Of a DNA stretch of 64,000 bases, positions 1 to 9,891 are shown piece after piece. Numbering within the stretch: position 1 is the first letter of the stretch; each line of letters begins with the position of its first letter. The notes under the pieces were generated by a model. The model was given only the letters and a program-made list of their open reading frames with translations, was not told where the DNA came from and ran no database searches. The stretch covers positions 8,034 to 72,033 of the forward strand of contig CAYLQJ010000001.1 in the NCBI GenBank assembly GCA_964385945.1, in the 5' to 3' direction. Both the position numbers and the translations under genes were made by a program. This DNA comes from an uncultured Candidatus Saccharibacteria bacterium (GTDB lineage Bacteria; Patescibacteriota; Minisyncoccia; Phycocordibacterales; UBA9973).

Positions 1-444
1 TTTCACATTGATATCTATATATATTTCATTAGCTTTTGGAGTTTGAAATATACCATCTACTATAGAAAGTCCTCCATAAACCGGATAAGCATCATCGACT
101 ACTGTCATAGATACTGGAGTATTCAAGTCCCCTTTAGTGAGAATCCCCGAGAAATCATACTGACCAGAAGATTTAATCACCCCTATCTCATCACCTAAAA
201 CTGTATCTAACTGCGTTTCGGTCAATTCATAATTTGATTCGATAGATATATCTCCACCGACTAATTCTTTATTTTTATCTTCCAGGAAAAGCGAACTAGA
301 ATTCGTAAAAAGTAAAACTGTGAAAACAATGAGCGTCGTAAAAGTCAAAGACAAAAATGGCAAAACAAATTTCCTCCATTCGCGAAATAAAATACGAAAA
401 CTGTATTTAAATATTGTTTTAAAATTAAGCACGTTTAATTTCAT
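1..444 (-). CDS. ABC transporter permease (FtsX/MacB-like), N-terminal part; gene runs off the window edge
   Basis: Reverse-strand translation from ATG at 444 gives MKLNVLNFKTIFKYSFRILFREWRKFVLPFLSLTFTTLIVF..., a TM helix then a periplasmic domain. The start overlaps the stop of the upstream ATPase gene by 20 nt. Absent from the ORF track because it is edge-truncated. Confidence 0.5.
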   Translation of the reverse strand, partial: MKLNVLNFKTIFKYSFRILFREWRKFVLPFLSLTFTTLIVFTVLLFTNSSSLFLEDKNKELVGGDISIESNYELTETQLDTVLGDEIGVIKSSGQYDFSGILTKGDLNTPVSMTVVDDAYPVYGGLSIVDGIFQTPKANEIYIDINVK

Positions 445-1120
445 GTAAATTTTTATCTTTTAATTCAAAAATTCTATCCATCTTCTCGGCTATCTTCATG
501 TCGTGAGTTATGATTATCAAAGTTTTAGAGCGTTTTTCAACTTCTCTTAAAAGTAAATCCAAAACCATATCGCCTGTCGTACGGTCGAGACTACCTGTCG
601 GTTCATCAGCAAGTATAATATCAGTATTAGAAGCGAGAGCTCGAGCTATAGCTACTCTTTGTTTCTCTCCACCCGAGAGAGTATTCGGGAAAGAAGACTT
701 TCTTTCACTTAGTCCCACATCTGCTAATAAAGTTTTCACTGTATTTTCTATTTCTTTATTAGAAATGCCTCCTCTGATATCAAGTGGCGCTCTAATATTC
801 TCAAATGCAGTAAAAGGATTGATCAATTCAAAAGATTGAAAAATAATAGCTATCTCACGATTACGATAATCCGAGAGTTGATTTTCTGTAAGAGTATTGA
901 TAAGGGTATCTTTTACATATATTTCACCTTGAGAGACTTTATCAAGACCAGCAAGTAGAGATAAAAGCGTGGATTTACCGGAACCCGAAGAACCAATAAT
1001 AGCTATCTTTTCTCCTTGTTTGATTTCTAAATTAGTATTTTCAAAAATTACCAAAGCCGGATCAACATCAGTAAATTCTTTCTTTAAGTTTTGTATTTTT
1101 ATAATTGTATTTTTATTCAT
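425..1120 (-). CDS. ABC transporter ATP-binding protein (MacB/LolD/FtsE-like)
   Basis: Walker A GSSGSGKST, ABC signature LSGGEKQRVAIARAL, Walker B ILADEPTGSLD. Probable start MNKNTIIKIQNL. Confidence 0.85.
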   Translation of the reverse strand: MNKNTIIKIQNLKKEFTDVDPALVIFENTNLEIKQGEKIAIIGSSGSGKSTLLSLLAGLDKVSQGEIYVKDTLINTLTENQLSDYRNREIAIIFQSFELINPFTAFENIRAPLDIRGGISNKEIENTVKTLLADVGLSERKSSFPNTLSGGEKQRVAIARALASNTDIILADEPTGSLDRTTGDMVLDLLLREVEKRSKTLIIITHDMKIAEKMDRIFELKDKNLHEIKRA

Positions 1121-1169
1121 ATAGTTACTACATTTTACCATTTTTTAACCAAATGAACAAAATTAATAT

Positions 1170-2531
1170 TTAGACACTCTCCGGTATATCGAAAATACTT
1201 TTTTCTAATTTTTCTTTCAAGAATATTTCACTAATTCTTTTACCTCCATACACAGACGGCAAAATACCTACCCCATTACAGCCCAGATTGTATAATAAAG
1301 TTTGATTCTTAGGCTCAGGTCCTATGAGTCGAATGCCATTTTTGGTATAACCCATAAGTCCATGCCAAGTATACACATAATCAATCTCTTTATTTGGTTT
1401 CGTGTCATACACAGTCTTTACAAAATTATCGATCATCTTGATCATATCTTCGGGAAATTCTTTCTTTCGGGAATAGAATGTCCCATCTTCAATATCAACT
1501 TCGGGTCCACCTATAGAAATCAAATTATAATTTTTATCTGTTTCATAATTTCTACGAGTTAAATAAAAATACGGATCGTCGGTAGTCGCGTCAGGATTCG
1601 TAAAATAACTTATAGCGATAGGATTCTTGTCCATTGGTTCTAAATACCCCGACATATATCCGATAGTACCTTTGACCAGGTGATGAAATTTAGTATCGAT
1701 ATCTAAACCTCCTTCATTTAAAATATGAAATCCTTCAAAACCATTGGTGCATAAAATAATATTTTTTGATTCTACCGTATTACTCTCAGCATCAAGGATT
1801 GCATAGTCCCCTTTTAATACAACTTTACTAATTAAAGTTTTTTCATAAAGATGGAATCTATCTCCGTATTTTTCAATTAGATAGAGTAGTACCTCCTCGC
1901 AAAACAAAGCACTATTCACGCAACCTTTTTGATATGACAAAACGGCTAGGAAACTCCTCTCTTCTGTCTCTAGTAATTCCAATATCTCTTTGTGTGGAGT
2001 TAAAGTATATAAATCTTTATACTCATTAGGTATAGTAGAAAGAAAAGGCGCATCTTCATAAATCCAGATCCTTTCTGTATCGAGTCCTCCCATTTTTCTT
2101 AAAGTGTTATTTTTTAGATGCAATAAAACTTGCTCCAAGCTAGAGAGTCCGGCATGACCCAAGAATCGAGAGAAATTAATATCCATGCGAGCGTCGGTAT
2201 ACATCTCATCAAGTAGATTCCAAGCATCTTCTATGTCTTTCTGACCGCGACTAGCAAGCTCAAGCCCAAAGCTATCCACCAGGCTAGCAAACCCTCTCTC
2301 AAAATAACTCACCACCTGACCTGCATTGTGTCCCGTCGCCCCATGAGCTAATTTATTTTTCTCTAAAATCACAACATTCTTATCAGTATATTTCAGCAAG
2401 AAAAAAGCAGTGGAAATACCAGCAATTCCCCCTCCCATTATCGCAATATCAGTTTTTATATCTTGTTCTAATTTAAAATGAACTCTATCTTTGCGTAATT
2501 GAGTCAGCCAAGGTGATTTATTTTCTTTCAT
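1170..2531 (-). CDS. FAD-dependent oxidoreductase (DAO/PuuB-like)
   Basis: N-terminal Rossmann dinucleotide-binding motif IAIMGGGIAGISTAFFL followed by GATGHNAGQ. Confidence 0.6.
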   Translation of the reverse strand: MKENKSPWLTQLRKDRVHFKLEQDIKTDIAIMGGGIAGISTAFFLLKYTDKNVVILEKNKLAHGATGHNAGQVVSYFERGFASLVDSFGLELASRGQKDIEDAWNLLDEMYTDARMDINFSRFLGHAGLSSLEQVLLHLKNNTLRKMGGLDTERIWIYEDAPFLSTIPNEYKDLYTLTPHKEILELLETEERSFLAVLSYQKGCVNSALFCEEVLLYLIEKYGDRFHLYEKTLISKVVLKGDYAILDAESNTVESKNIILCTNGFEGFHILNEGGLDIDTKFHHLVKGTIGYMSGYLEPMDKNPIAISYFTNPDATTDDPYFYLTRRNYETDKNYNLISIGGPEVDIEDGTFYSRKKEFPEDMIKMIDNFVKTVYDTKPNKEIDYVYTWHGLMGYTKNGIRLIGPEPKNQTLLYNLGCNGVGILPSVYGGKRISEIFLKEKLEKSIFDIPESV

Positions 2532-2566
2532 GAATTTATTATAACCAAAAATACTGGATATTAAAA

Positions 2567-3292
2567 TTACTTAACATTATCGAGAAGTCTCTGCTCCACC
2601 GCGGTAACATCAAAGTATCCGCTATCTAAAATAATAGTTTGTAACTTTTTCTCATAACCCGTAGCAATAAGGATTCCTAAAATCACAAAAATGATTCCTA
2701 GAATTCTTTTGAAATTACCTCTACCATCAGAGAGTACTCCCAAGCGATTTGAAAACTTTTGACCAAGTAATGCTATCAATAATAGTACGATAGATAAACC
2801 TAAAACGTAGGCAAGAATATAAGTTGCTCCTAAGAAAAATGATACTGGCAAGACGGTCGCTAGTATCACGAAATATGTCGGTGAACAAGTAGAAAATATT
2901 GGACCTAGAGCAAAACCGATAAGTACATCACCCCAGAAACTCTTCTTCTGATATCCGGTGCCGAGTAATTTATTGGCTCCGATAGATACTTTTGAAATTC
3001 CAGGAATACTTTCCCAAATGCTCGGAAAAACTAAAGTTATACCAAACAATATCAAAATCCCTCCTGAGATATAAGTCCAGACTTCTGGCGCAATCGATAC
3101 ACACATGGCCGAAGCTTTAAGAAGAAAAGTAAAAAGAATTATAGATAAAGCCAAAGATCCTACTACTATATACGGAGTATACTTACTACGACCACTAGCC
3201 GAAGAACCTACCACTACCGGCAATAGAGGTAAAATGCACGGAGCGAGGACTGTGAGCGCTCCAGCAATAAAAGATATAACAAGTAGGGTCAT
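2567..3292 (-). CDS. ccdA: thiol-disulfide transporter CcdA (DsbD transmembrane-domain family)
   Basis: Polytopic membrane protein with conserved Cys in TM1 (LAPCILPLLP) and a second Cys (STCSP). Sits in an operon with thioredoxin-like and MsrA genes. Confidence 0.7.
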   Translation of the reverse strand: MTLLVISFIAGALTVLAPCILPLLPVVVGSSASGRSKYTPYIVVGSLALSIILFTFLLKASAMCVSIAPEVWTYISGGILILFGITLVFPSIWESIPGISKVSIGANKLLGTGYQKKSFWGDVLIGFALGPIFSTCSPTYFVILATVLPVSFFLGATYILAYVLGLSIVLLLIALLGQKFSNRLGVLSDGRGNFKRILGIIFVILGILIATGYEKKLQTIILDSGYFDVTAVEQRLLDNVK

Positions 3293-3847
3293 TTATTTTA
3301 TTTCAGCTAGCAAGCTATTAAGACTTCGAGAACCTTGCCATTTTTTAATCATATTTCCTTGTGAATCAACTTCTACTAGAGTGTGTTGATATGTGACTCC
3401 GTATTTAGCTTTCAAATCTTTGGAATTATCATAGTTCACGTCGAGGATAGTCACTCCATTGGGAATATTTGAAATGTTTGCTTTAATATCTTTATCAAGC
3501 GTACGACAAGTCGGGCACCAAGATGCACGGAAGAAAAGTATTACATGACCATCATTTGCATAGGCCAATTTAGAAGAATCATAAGCTTCATATGAACCAG
3601 TTCGAGGAGCGACTAAGGTAGTTGTATTTTCTATTTTTGTAGCTACTGTTGGATTCGTATTAGTAGCAGTATTTGTATCTTCCACAGCAAGCTCACTTTC
3701 TTCTTGATTCAAATTAGTATTTTGTTGTTGTTCTTGTTTTACTTCTGGAATGAAAACTTCACTTTCTTTAAATTCTAAAGTATATATCTTGTATCCAACC
3801 AAGATAATTATAACAATAGATACCACAATCATCATATTTTTACTCAT
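3293..3847 (-). CDS. membrane-anchored thioredoxin-like thiol:disulfide oxidoreductase (TlpA/ResA/Etrx-like)
   Basis: N-terminal TM helix, Q/N/T-rich linker, thioredoxin active site FFRASWCPTCR. Confidence 0.7.
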   Translation of the reverse strand: MSKNMMIVVSIVIIILVGYKIYTLEFKESEVFIPEVKQEQQQNTNLNQEESELAVEDTNTATNTNPTVATKIENTTTLVAPRTGSYEAYDSSKLAYANDGHVILFFRASWCPTCRTLDKDIKANISNIPNGVTILDVNYDNSKDLKAKYGVTYQHTLVEVDSQGNMIKKWQGSRSLNSLLAEIK

Positions 3848-3917
3848 AATATTTTCAAATTTATTTAATACTTTTAATATACCTATTGTATAAAATAGAG
3901 ACGAATAAGTAAAATCC

Positions 3918-4610
3918 TTAGATTGATGTTTCTTGGTCTTGCAAGAATTTAATAGCTGCGTCTCTACCCCAAGTCTCTTCTACAAAACCTTTTCTACCAG
4001 AAGCTTTTTTATACAGTTCATAATGAATCGAAGATTTTTTATAATAATCTTGATGATATTCTTCGGCTTTAAAAAAGTTAGTAAATTCAATTATCGGAGT
4101 AGCTATAGGTTTATCAAAAAGGCCACTCTCTTCTAAGCGCTTTTTTGAATCTAGAGCTATTTCTTTTTGCTCTTCTGTGTGATAAAAAATAGCTGTAGTG
4201 TATTGTGCTCCTGTATCAGCAAATTGACCTTTTGCATTCGTAGGATCTATATGAGACCAATAAATATCCAAAATTTTCTTAGTTGATATTATACTAGGAT
4301 CGTAAGTCACTTCTACGGCTTCTCTGTGAGCAGTTTCACCTGTTGATACTTTTAAATAAGAAGCGTCTTCTTCGCTTCCTCCAGCATAACCCGAAATAGA
4401 ATCTATAACTCCCGGCTCTTCTTGAAAATACGCTTCCGTACACCAAAAGCATCCTCCCGCTAGAGTTATAACTTCATAAGTTTTATTTGGATCCCTTAAT
4501 TGATTATTAGGTATACTTTTATTTGTGTTTATATTGATTCTTGAAATAAATAAAAATATTAAAAATATTACAGGAAAGATTAGATAAAGGTAATATTTGT
4601 TTAATTTCAT
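3918..4610 (-). CDS. msrA: peptide methionine sulfoxide reductase MsrA, exported or membrane-anchored
   Basis: GCFWCTE active site, GYAGG, C-terminal AEEYHQDYY motif, N-terminal hydrophobic anchor. Confidence 0.85.
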   Translation of the reverse strand: MKLNKYYLYLIFPVIFLIFLFISRININTNKSIPNNQLRDPNKTYEVITLAGGCFWCTEAYFQEEPGVIDSISGYAGGSEEDASYLKVSTGETAHREAVEVTYDPSIISTKKILDIYWSHIDPTNAKGQFADTGAQYTTAIFYHTEEQKEIALDSKKRLEESGLFDKPIATPIIEFTNFFKAEEYHQDYYKKSSIHYELYKKASGRKGFVEETWGRDAAIKFLQDQETSI

Positions 4611-4665
4611 TATTTGATTATAGCATCAATTTTTTTATTGATTAAATATAGATAGTATTTTTAGA

Positions 4666-5121
4666 TTATTTAAAACTACAAGTCAAAACACATTGTAGTG
4701 TGCAAACTTCAGCGTCTTTATCATGCCTACAAGCCGACGCACATCCGTTCCATTCTCCTCCACGAGCCACACACATATTTTCTGAGAAAGAATTAATCTC
4801 ACAAATATTACCAGTCGCATACCATACTCCGGAATTAGATTCACATTCAGTTTTATTTTTAATATTTAATTTTTGATTCGGTTCACCTTTATCTATTATT
4901 ACTTCTTTATCTGGAACAATATTTGTATCAATATCATTTTCATTAATAATAGGACTTGATTCTACTTCTTCATTATTTATATCTTCTACTACTAATGAAG
5001 GATCAACTACTTGATTCTTAAAGTCAAAAACATAAATTTTAAAAATAAAGAATAATATACCAAATACTAGCAAAGCCAAGAGGACTAAGCCTCTCCCCAT
5101 AAAAAAATTTCTTAATGTCAT
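4666..5121 (-). CDS. hypothetical membrane-anchored cysteine-rich protein
   Basis: N-terminal TM helix; C-terminal ~60 aa contain 10 Cys (CESNSG...CVARGGEWNGCASACRHDKDAEVCTLQCVLTC). Confidence 0.4.
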   Translation of the reverse strand: MTLRNFFMGRGLVLLALLVFGILFFIFKIYVFDFKNQVVDPSLVVEDINNEEVESSPIINENDIDTNIVPDKEVIIDKGEPNQKLNIKNKTECESNSGVWYATGNICEINSFSENMCVARGGEWNGCASACRHDKDAEVCTLQCVLTCSFK

Positions 5122-5166
5122 AATCTACATTATAACATGATTTATTAGATAATATAAAACTGCACT

Positions 5167-5415
5167 TTAACGATGAGGGCAACCTGCAAAACAACAAGGT
5201 CTTTTCTTGCCTGTTTTCAATTCTTCTATAGCTCTCTCTAGTCTACGCTCTCTCGTCTCTGTTTTTTTAGCCGAAATAATCCAGCATATCCATTCATTCT
5301 GAGCGAGTTCGGTCACCTGCCCCCAAGCTTGTTTTGATTTAGAATCCTGAGCTAAAGCTAATTTAAAATCTTTCGGCATTGTATGTAATTTTTCTTTTTT
5401 AAGCATAGTTTTCAC
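5167..5415 (-). CDS. YdeI/OmpD-associated family protein (PF13376-like)
   Basis: PKDFKLALAQ...AQNEWICWIISAKKTETRERRLERAIEELKTGKK matches the YdeI C-terminal signature from memory. Confidence 0.6.
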   Translation of the reverse strand: MKTMLKKEKLHTMPKDFKLALAQDSKSKQAWGQVTELAQNEWICWIISAKKTETRERRLERAIEELKTGKKRPCCFAGCPHR

Positions 5416-5417
5416 TA

Positions 5418-5909
5418 CTACTCCTTAGGAGGTGTATCGAATCCAGCCCAAGCGTTGCTCGTACCTATATTAGAAACACCATTTGCTTTGATGTACAAAA
5501 AAAGTTGCATTTTATAAGCTGTAATCCATTTTAAAGCATTTAATAAATGCATTGAGAGTTTATCGCTCATACCGAAAAAAGATGCTTCTTTTTCTAGTTG
5601 TTCAGAAGTTAATAAATTTATTTGTTCGGTAACTACTTTTATTTGTTCATCTATTTTTGAAATAAAATTCTCAGCATTTACCGTATCCTTTGCTTTGGAA
5701 AGTTCCATATAATCATTTTTTATAGGATCCAAAAAGGACATTATTGCTGTTACTGAGATATGTCCTAAATATTGCATCAGCTCTAAAGTAGAACGTTGCT
5801 TCTCTGACGGTCGATACTCGAGCATCTCTGGTGTTATTTTCTCTGCTAAATGTTTAATAATTTCTAACTCCTTAACGAAACTTTTAATATACTGTTCTTT
5901 TGTAATCAT
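5418..5909 (-). CDS. DinB/YfiT-like (DinB_2 superfamily) protein
   Basis: EMLEYRPSEKQRSTLELMQYLGHIS is a DinB_2-type N-terminal motif; 163 aa. Confidence 0.45.
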   Translation of the reverse strand: MITKEQYIKSFVKELEIIKHLAEKITPEMLEYRPSEKQRSTLELMQYLGHISVTAIMSFLDPIKNDYMELSKAKDTVNAENFISKIDEQIKVVTEQINLLTSEQLEKEASFFGMSDKLSMHLLNALKWITAYKMQLFLYIKANGVSNIGTSNAWAGFDTPPKE

Positions 5910-6032
5910 GTGAATATCATAGCATAAAAATACTTAAGGTACTCTCGTTATATTCCCAATCTTGACTTTTAATACAAAGTATTATATAAATTAAAAAGAT
6001 TTTGATTTTTAATTTATAAAACAATAAAAAAA

Positions 6033-6332
6033 ATGGATAGAGTATGTATCGTAAAAGCAGTTAACTATTGGGGCAGTTTTTTTACCGAGCTGAGACCTGA
6101 CAAGGTCGATGATTTTAAAAAAGATATTATAGATTTGCTGGAAGAAGAACTTTCTGTAGGAAATACAGTTATCTTAAGTACAGATTCAGGCCCAAAAGGT
6201 CCTTTGATTAAATTTTTAAATGATAATGGTTTACCTACAAATTATTTTCCTAATCAAACGGTAATGAATGTAAAGACCGATCAGATTACTGTAAGAGAAT
6301 CAGGGAAAGAAGTCCTGAGGTACCCAAATTAA
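6033..6332 (+). CDS. hypothetical protein
   Basis: 99-aa ORF with protein-like composition, followed by a terminator hairpin. Confidence 0.35.
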   Translation: MDRVCIVKAVNYWGSFFTELRPDKVDDFKKDIIDLLEEELSVGNTVILSTDSGPKGPLIKFLNDNGLPTNYFPNQTVMNVKTDQITVRESGKEVLRYPN

Positions 6333-6355
6333 AAAACAAAAATATTTTGTTTTAA

Positions 6356-6390
6356 AAGCCCTTTCGTTAATGGAAGGGCTTTTTATTTTT
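6356..6390. terminator. bidirectional rho-independent terminator between convergent genes
   Basis: GCCCTT-N10-AAGGGC hairpin followed by TTTTTATTTTT, with an A-tract on the other side. Confidence 0.6.
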
Positions 6391-6409
6391 CAAAAAAATT
6401 AAATTAAGA

Positions 6410-7198
6410 TTATTTTAGAATATCCTTTTTATAATGTTTTAAATACGCGACTAAAATAAAACTAATGATAACCAATAAGAACCATGAAGTTATCTTGGAC
6501 GTTGAGACTACGGACCATTCGTGAACCTGACTCGGGTATTTCCAGGCACCGAAATACGTAGCGATATTCTCTGCGATCCAGATAAAGAAAGCAATCAGCA
6601 GAAAGGCGACGTTCATATGCATAGACCAAACTTTATTAGTCACAATGAAGTTCACTTTAGTTTTGAAAAATAAAATAAAAACAGCCAGAATTAAAAACCA
6701 ACGGACATCATATACATAATGATTAGTAAAGAAGTTTAAGTAAATCAAGGCACACAAAACAACACTAAGAAAATAATATTTATAATTCACGAGTTCTAAT
6801 TTCATAATCTTCCATGACTGACTAATGTAACTCCCCACAGCTGCGTACATGAACCCACTATATAAAGGCACCGTAGCAATTTTCAAAAACCCGTCTTCGG
6901 GATAACTCCAAGAAGCGACCTCTGGGCTCGTCTTATAGAGTTCGAGTACTAGCCCGATAATATGAAAAAGGAATATTACTTTAACTTCATCTTTGGTTTC
7001 TAGTTTTGTAAAATATAGAATTATTTGAATGACAACGGCTGAGATAAAAAGAAAATCATAGCGAGCAAAATTTCCTAAAGGAATATAATTTGAAATAAAA
7101 AGTAAAACAAAAAACAAGCCCGCGAATATAGAGGCTCGGGCTTGTTTGATACCAAAAATCCAAAATTCGTAAATATAATTTTTAAACTTTTTCTGCAT
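6410..7198 (-). CDS. integral membrane protein (possibly DUF817-like)
   Basis: 262 aa with about 7 predicted TM helices. Confidence 0.45.
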   Translation of the reverse strand: MQKKFKNYIYEFWIFGIKQARASIFAGLFFVLLFISNYIPLGNFARYDFLFISAVVIQIILYFTKLETKDEVKVIFLFHIIGLVLELYKTSPEVASWSYPEDGFLKIATVPLYSGFMYAAVGSYISQSWKIMKLELVNYKYYFLSVVLCALIYLNFFTNHYVYDVRWFLILAVFILFFKTKVNFIVTNKVWSMHMNVAFLLIAFFIWIAENIATYFGAWKYPSQVHEWSVVSTSKITSWFLLVIISFILVAYLKHYKKDILK

Positions 7199-7204
7199 AA
7201 TTTT

Positions 7205-7564
7205 TTATTTTTCAGACTCTTCTTTAAGTCTTGATTTAATTATTTTAGTAATTAAAGTTACAGGTAAAGGTTTATCGTAAGGGAATCTAATACAACCTTT
7301 TGAATAGCTAATCCCCTTTTTTACTAGCTCATCTTCAAAAGGCTTTATTCCTGAAGGGCTAGGATAGAAACCAAGATGCCCTTTCATAGCAGCGTAATGC
7401 ACAAAGTTCTTGCCATTCAGTTCTACAGTAGGTATACCGTATTTAATAGATTCCACACCGCGAGGAATGAACTTATTCACCAAAGCCCGCATTTCTTTAA
7501 GCTTAGGTAAAAAATCTTTCGGTGTGTCTTTTATGTATTCATTTATATTTTTGTAGGATTTCAT
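7205..7564 (-). CDS. DUF1801 (YdhG-like) domain protein
   Basis: INEYIKDTPKDFLPKLKEMRALV...KYGIPTVELNGKNFVHYAAMKGHLGFYPSPS matches the DUF1801 pattern from memory. Confidence 0.6.
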   Translation of the reverse strand: MKSYKNINEYIKDTPKDFLPKLKEMRALVNKFIPRGVESIKYGIPTVELNGKNFVHYAAMKGHLGFYPSPSGIKPFEDELVKKGISYSKGCIRFPYDKPLPVTLITKIIKSRLKEESEK

Positions 7565-7568
7565 AAGA

Positions 7569-8405
7569 TTAATTTACTTTAAATAAATGTTTAGAAATAA
7601 ATAAGGTTACCCATGTCGCAAGGACGAAAGGTGCTGTCAAAGCTATTACTCCTAATTTATTAAACATAATTAAAAATACTACCGACAAAACAACAGCAAT
7701 GCTTGCAAAAACTAAAGCATTTTTCTTTTCAGTAAATGCCATACTTGCAAGTATCGCATTATAACCAAACAGACCAAGATTAATAGCAAGTACAGGAAGA
7801 GCGAAAACATAACCAATAATCAAACTCAAAATAGAACCATACAAAGCATAGTAAAAATATTTTGGTGAATTAATAAAAATACCTAGAATAAAAAACAATC
7901 CTGTTATTATATTATCTTGAAACATAACTTCTCCGAAGCCCTTAGCTGTTGATTCAAAAATATTTATTTTATCAGCAAAAATACTAGGTGAAGTTAGGAA
8001 ATAATCTGGAAAGAAATATAAAAGAATATAAATAATAATCCATGTTGATATTACAAATGCAGAAGTATAAGCAGGTATTCTCTTTTTTATAAGATTCATC
8101 AGTAAAGATGATATAAATGCACCAACAATTACTCCAACAAGACCTATATAATTAATTTGAAAGAAAAATAAAATTGCTATTCCCACCAAAGTACCATTAA
8201 AACCATAAAGACCGTTTTGAATATCATCCCTGTCATAACCCAATATTTTCGCCGAAAAAGTACTAATAAAATTTCCCAAAATAGCTCCTACTCCCAAAAT
8301 CCAAGAATTAAAGAAAATACCAACCAAAAACAATAATCCCGTCCATGTATTATTTTGGAAAAATACTTGACCAAAACCTTTTAAAATTATTTTCATATTG
8401 TTCAT
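7569..8405 (-). CDS. urea-transporter (UT) family membrane protein
   Basis: Two internal repeats, each starting G(F)GQVFFQNNTWTGLLFLVGIFFNS and GFGEVMFQDNIITGLFFILGIFINS, typical of UT-family inverted-repeat topology. Confidence 0.5.
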   Translation of the reverse strand: MNNMKIILKGFGQVFFQNNTWTGLLFLVGIFFNSWILGVGAILGNFISTFSAKILGYDRDDIQNGLYGFNGTLVGIAILFFFQINYIGLVGVIVGAFISSLLMNLIKKRIPAYTSAFVISTWIIIYILLYFFPDYFLTSPSIFADKINIFESTAKGFGEVMFQDNIITGLFFILGIFINSPKYFYYALYGSILSLIIGYVFALPVLAINLGLFGYNAILASMAFTEKKNALVFASIAVVLSVVFLIMFNKLGVIALTAPFVLATWVTLFISKHLFKVN

Positions 8406-8412
8406 AAAAATA

Positions 8413-9369
8413 TTATACATTATTTATGTTTTCCGGACGTCCAACGTCCGGATACACTATTTGTAAAACAACATTACCTTTCTTTCTACCAGTATCGACG
8501 TATGTGTGAGCCTCCACGATTTCGTTCATGGTAAATGTCTTGTCTATTACTGCTTGATATTTACCATCCTCATATAATTTCTTGAGTAGTTCTAATTGCT
8601 CTTTACTATCAGAAGCAACATCAAATCCTTCGACGGTTATATATACACCATTGTCATTTAAAAGATGAACACATTCCTTTTTAGAAGTTTTACCAACAGC
8701 GTCAAATATAATATCAAAAGTGTCTTTTTGTTTAGTAAAATCTTCCTTATCATATTGGATAACGTGATCTGCCCCTAAATTACGCGCTAATTCAAATCCA
8801 TCAGAACTACAAACTGTAGTAACTTCTGCTCCATAATATTTAGCTATTTGTATAGCAGAAGTCCCTACTGCTCCAGTACCTCCAATAACTAAAATTTTAA
8901 GACCAGTTCTTTTACTTATCCCAGCCTTATTCAAAAAATAGATAGCTGTCTGTCCACCAAAAACCAAAGAAGCAGCTTGATCAAATGAAGCATTTTTGGG
9001 AATTATTATAACTGCACTTTTTTCATTAACAGTAATATACTCTGCATAAGTACCAAATTTAAAACCAGTTGCACCAAATACATGGTCCCCAATTTTAAAA
9101 TCTGAAACCTGACTACCAACACTTTCAACAATACCTGAAAATACAGTTCCTAATATTGGTTGTCTTGGTTTGGAAAAACCTAAAACAAATCTCATTACTA
9201 TTTTCATGAATCCTTCGACTCTAAGTGCCCTGACTCTAACATCACCAGAATTTACAGTAGTGCTCATTATTTTAACTAGAATTTCATTATTTTTTAGAGT
9301 AGGTTTATCTACTTCATGAATTTCTAAAACCTCCGGTGGTCCATACTTTGTACAAATTATTGCTTTCAT
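8413..9369 (-). CDS. NADPH:quinone oxidoreductase / zinc-type alcohol dehydrogenase (MDR family)
   Basis: MKAIICTKYGPPEVLEI start and the NAD(P)-binding motif LVIGGTGAVGTSAIQIAK. The last ~13 codons (YPDVGRPENINNV) are encoded by a repeat hairpin. Confidence 0.75.
   Translation of the reverse strand: MKAIICTKYGPPEVLEIHEVDKPTLKNNEILVKIMSTTVNSGDVRVRALRVEGFMKIVMRFVLGFSKPRQPILGTVFSGIVESVGSQVSDFKIGDHVFGATGFKFGTYAEYITVNEKSAVIIIPKNASFDQAASLVFGGQTAIYFLNKAGISKRTGLKILVIGGTGAVGTSAIQIAKYYGAEVTTVCSSDGFELARNLGADHVIQYDKEDFTKQKDTFDIIFDAVGKTSKKECVHLLNDNGVYITVEGFDVASDSKEQLELLKKLYEDGKYQAVIDKTFTMNEIVEAHTYVDTGRKKGNVVLQIVYPDVGRPENINNV
8432..8452. repeat. REP-like perfect hairpin TCCGGACG-TCCAA-CGTCCGGA at the 3' end of the quinone oxidoreductase gene
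   Basis: Same family as 11258-11276 and 12196-12214. It encodes the extra C-terminal tail PDVGRPEN. Confidence 0.55.
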
Positions 9370-9413
9370 TTGTACAGTATAACAGAAATTTAAACTCAAA
9401 GTTTATTGTTTTA

Positions 9414-9884
9414 AACTAGCTCATCGCGAATCTTCATCCAAATATTACCCAACATGCTAATTCCGTCTTTATTTGGTCCAAGACCCCAAAAGCTATCTAC
9501 GGGTGAATTTTCAGCTATTCTTCTATTCCCTGTTCTTTTCAGAGCGTCTCTGACGTCTTCATGTTGAGAGAATTTAGCTCTCAGTATTTCTCACATTATT
9601 CCTACTTTTATATCCGCCCAGTTTTTCGGTTTCTTGTCCTTATTGGCTTGAGTAATTTTTGCCACCATATATGGACTTACTGCATTTAAAATCTCTGTTC
9701 CGATAGCGGGCTCTACTTCGGAGAATTTTTTCCACTGAAAAGCATGCTCTGAGGTTGGGAAATTATTATTCCAAATATTCACTCTGTGTGGAGACCAATT
9801 ATTTAATGGTTCAAAAGGAACAGTAAAAAAATATACTCCTTCGTCTGTTTCTTGATTTAAACCTTCACTGGAATCTGGATACAT
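9414..9884 (-). pseudogene. NADAR (YbiA-like) domain gene interrupted by an in-frame TGA
   Basis: WSPHRVNIWNNNFPTSEHAFQWKKF aligns to E. coli YbiA WPIKVDGKTWPTSEHYFQAQKF. After the TGA at 9591-9593 the same frame continues EILRAKFSQHEDVRDALKRT...DSFWGLGPNKDG, matching the YbiA C-terminus. Confidence 0.55.
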
Positions 9885-9891
9885 ATTTTTA

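Noticed and set aside
510-839. Antisense ORFs overlapping annotated genes (510-839, 1302-1562, 3105-3389, 3933-4136, 16336-16554, 18415-18983, 20768-21067, 24313-25948 set, 27117-27311, 37557-37781, 38496-39089, 40218-40652, 42050-43290 set, 46413-46656)
   Set aside because: Each lies wholly inside a longer ORF with strong family motifs on the other strand. No independent support.
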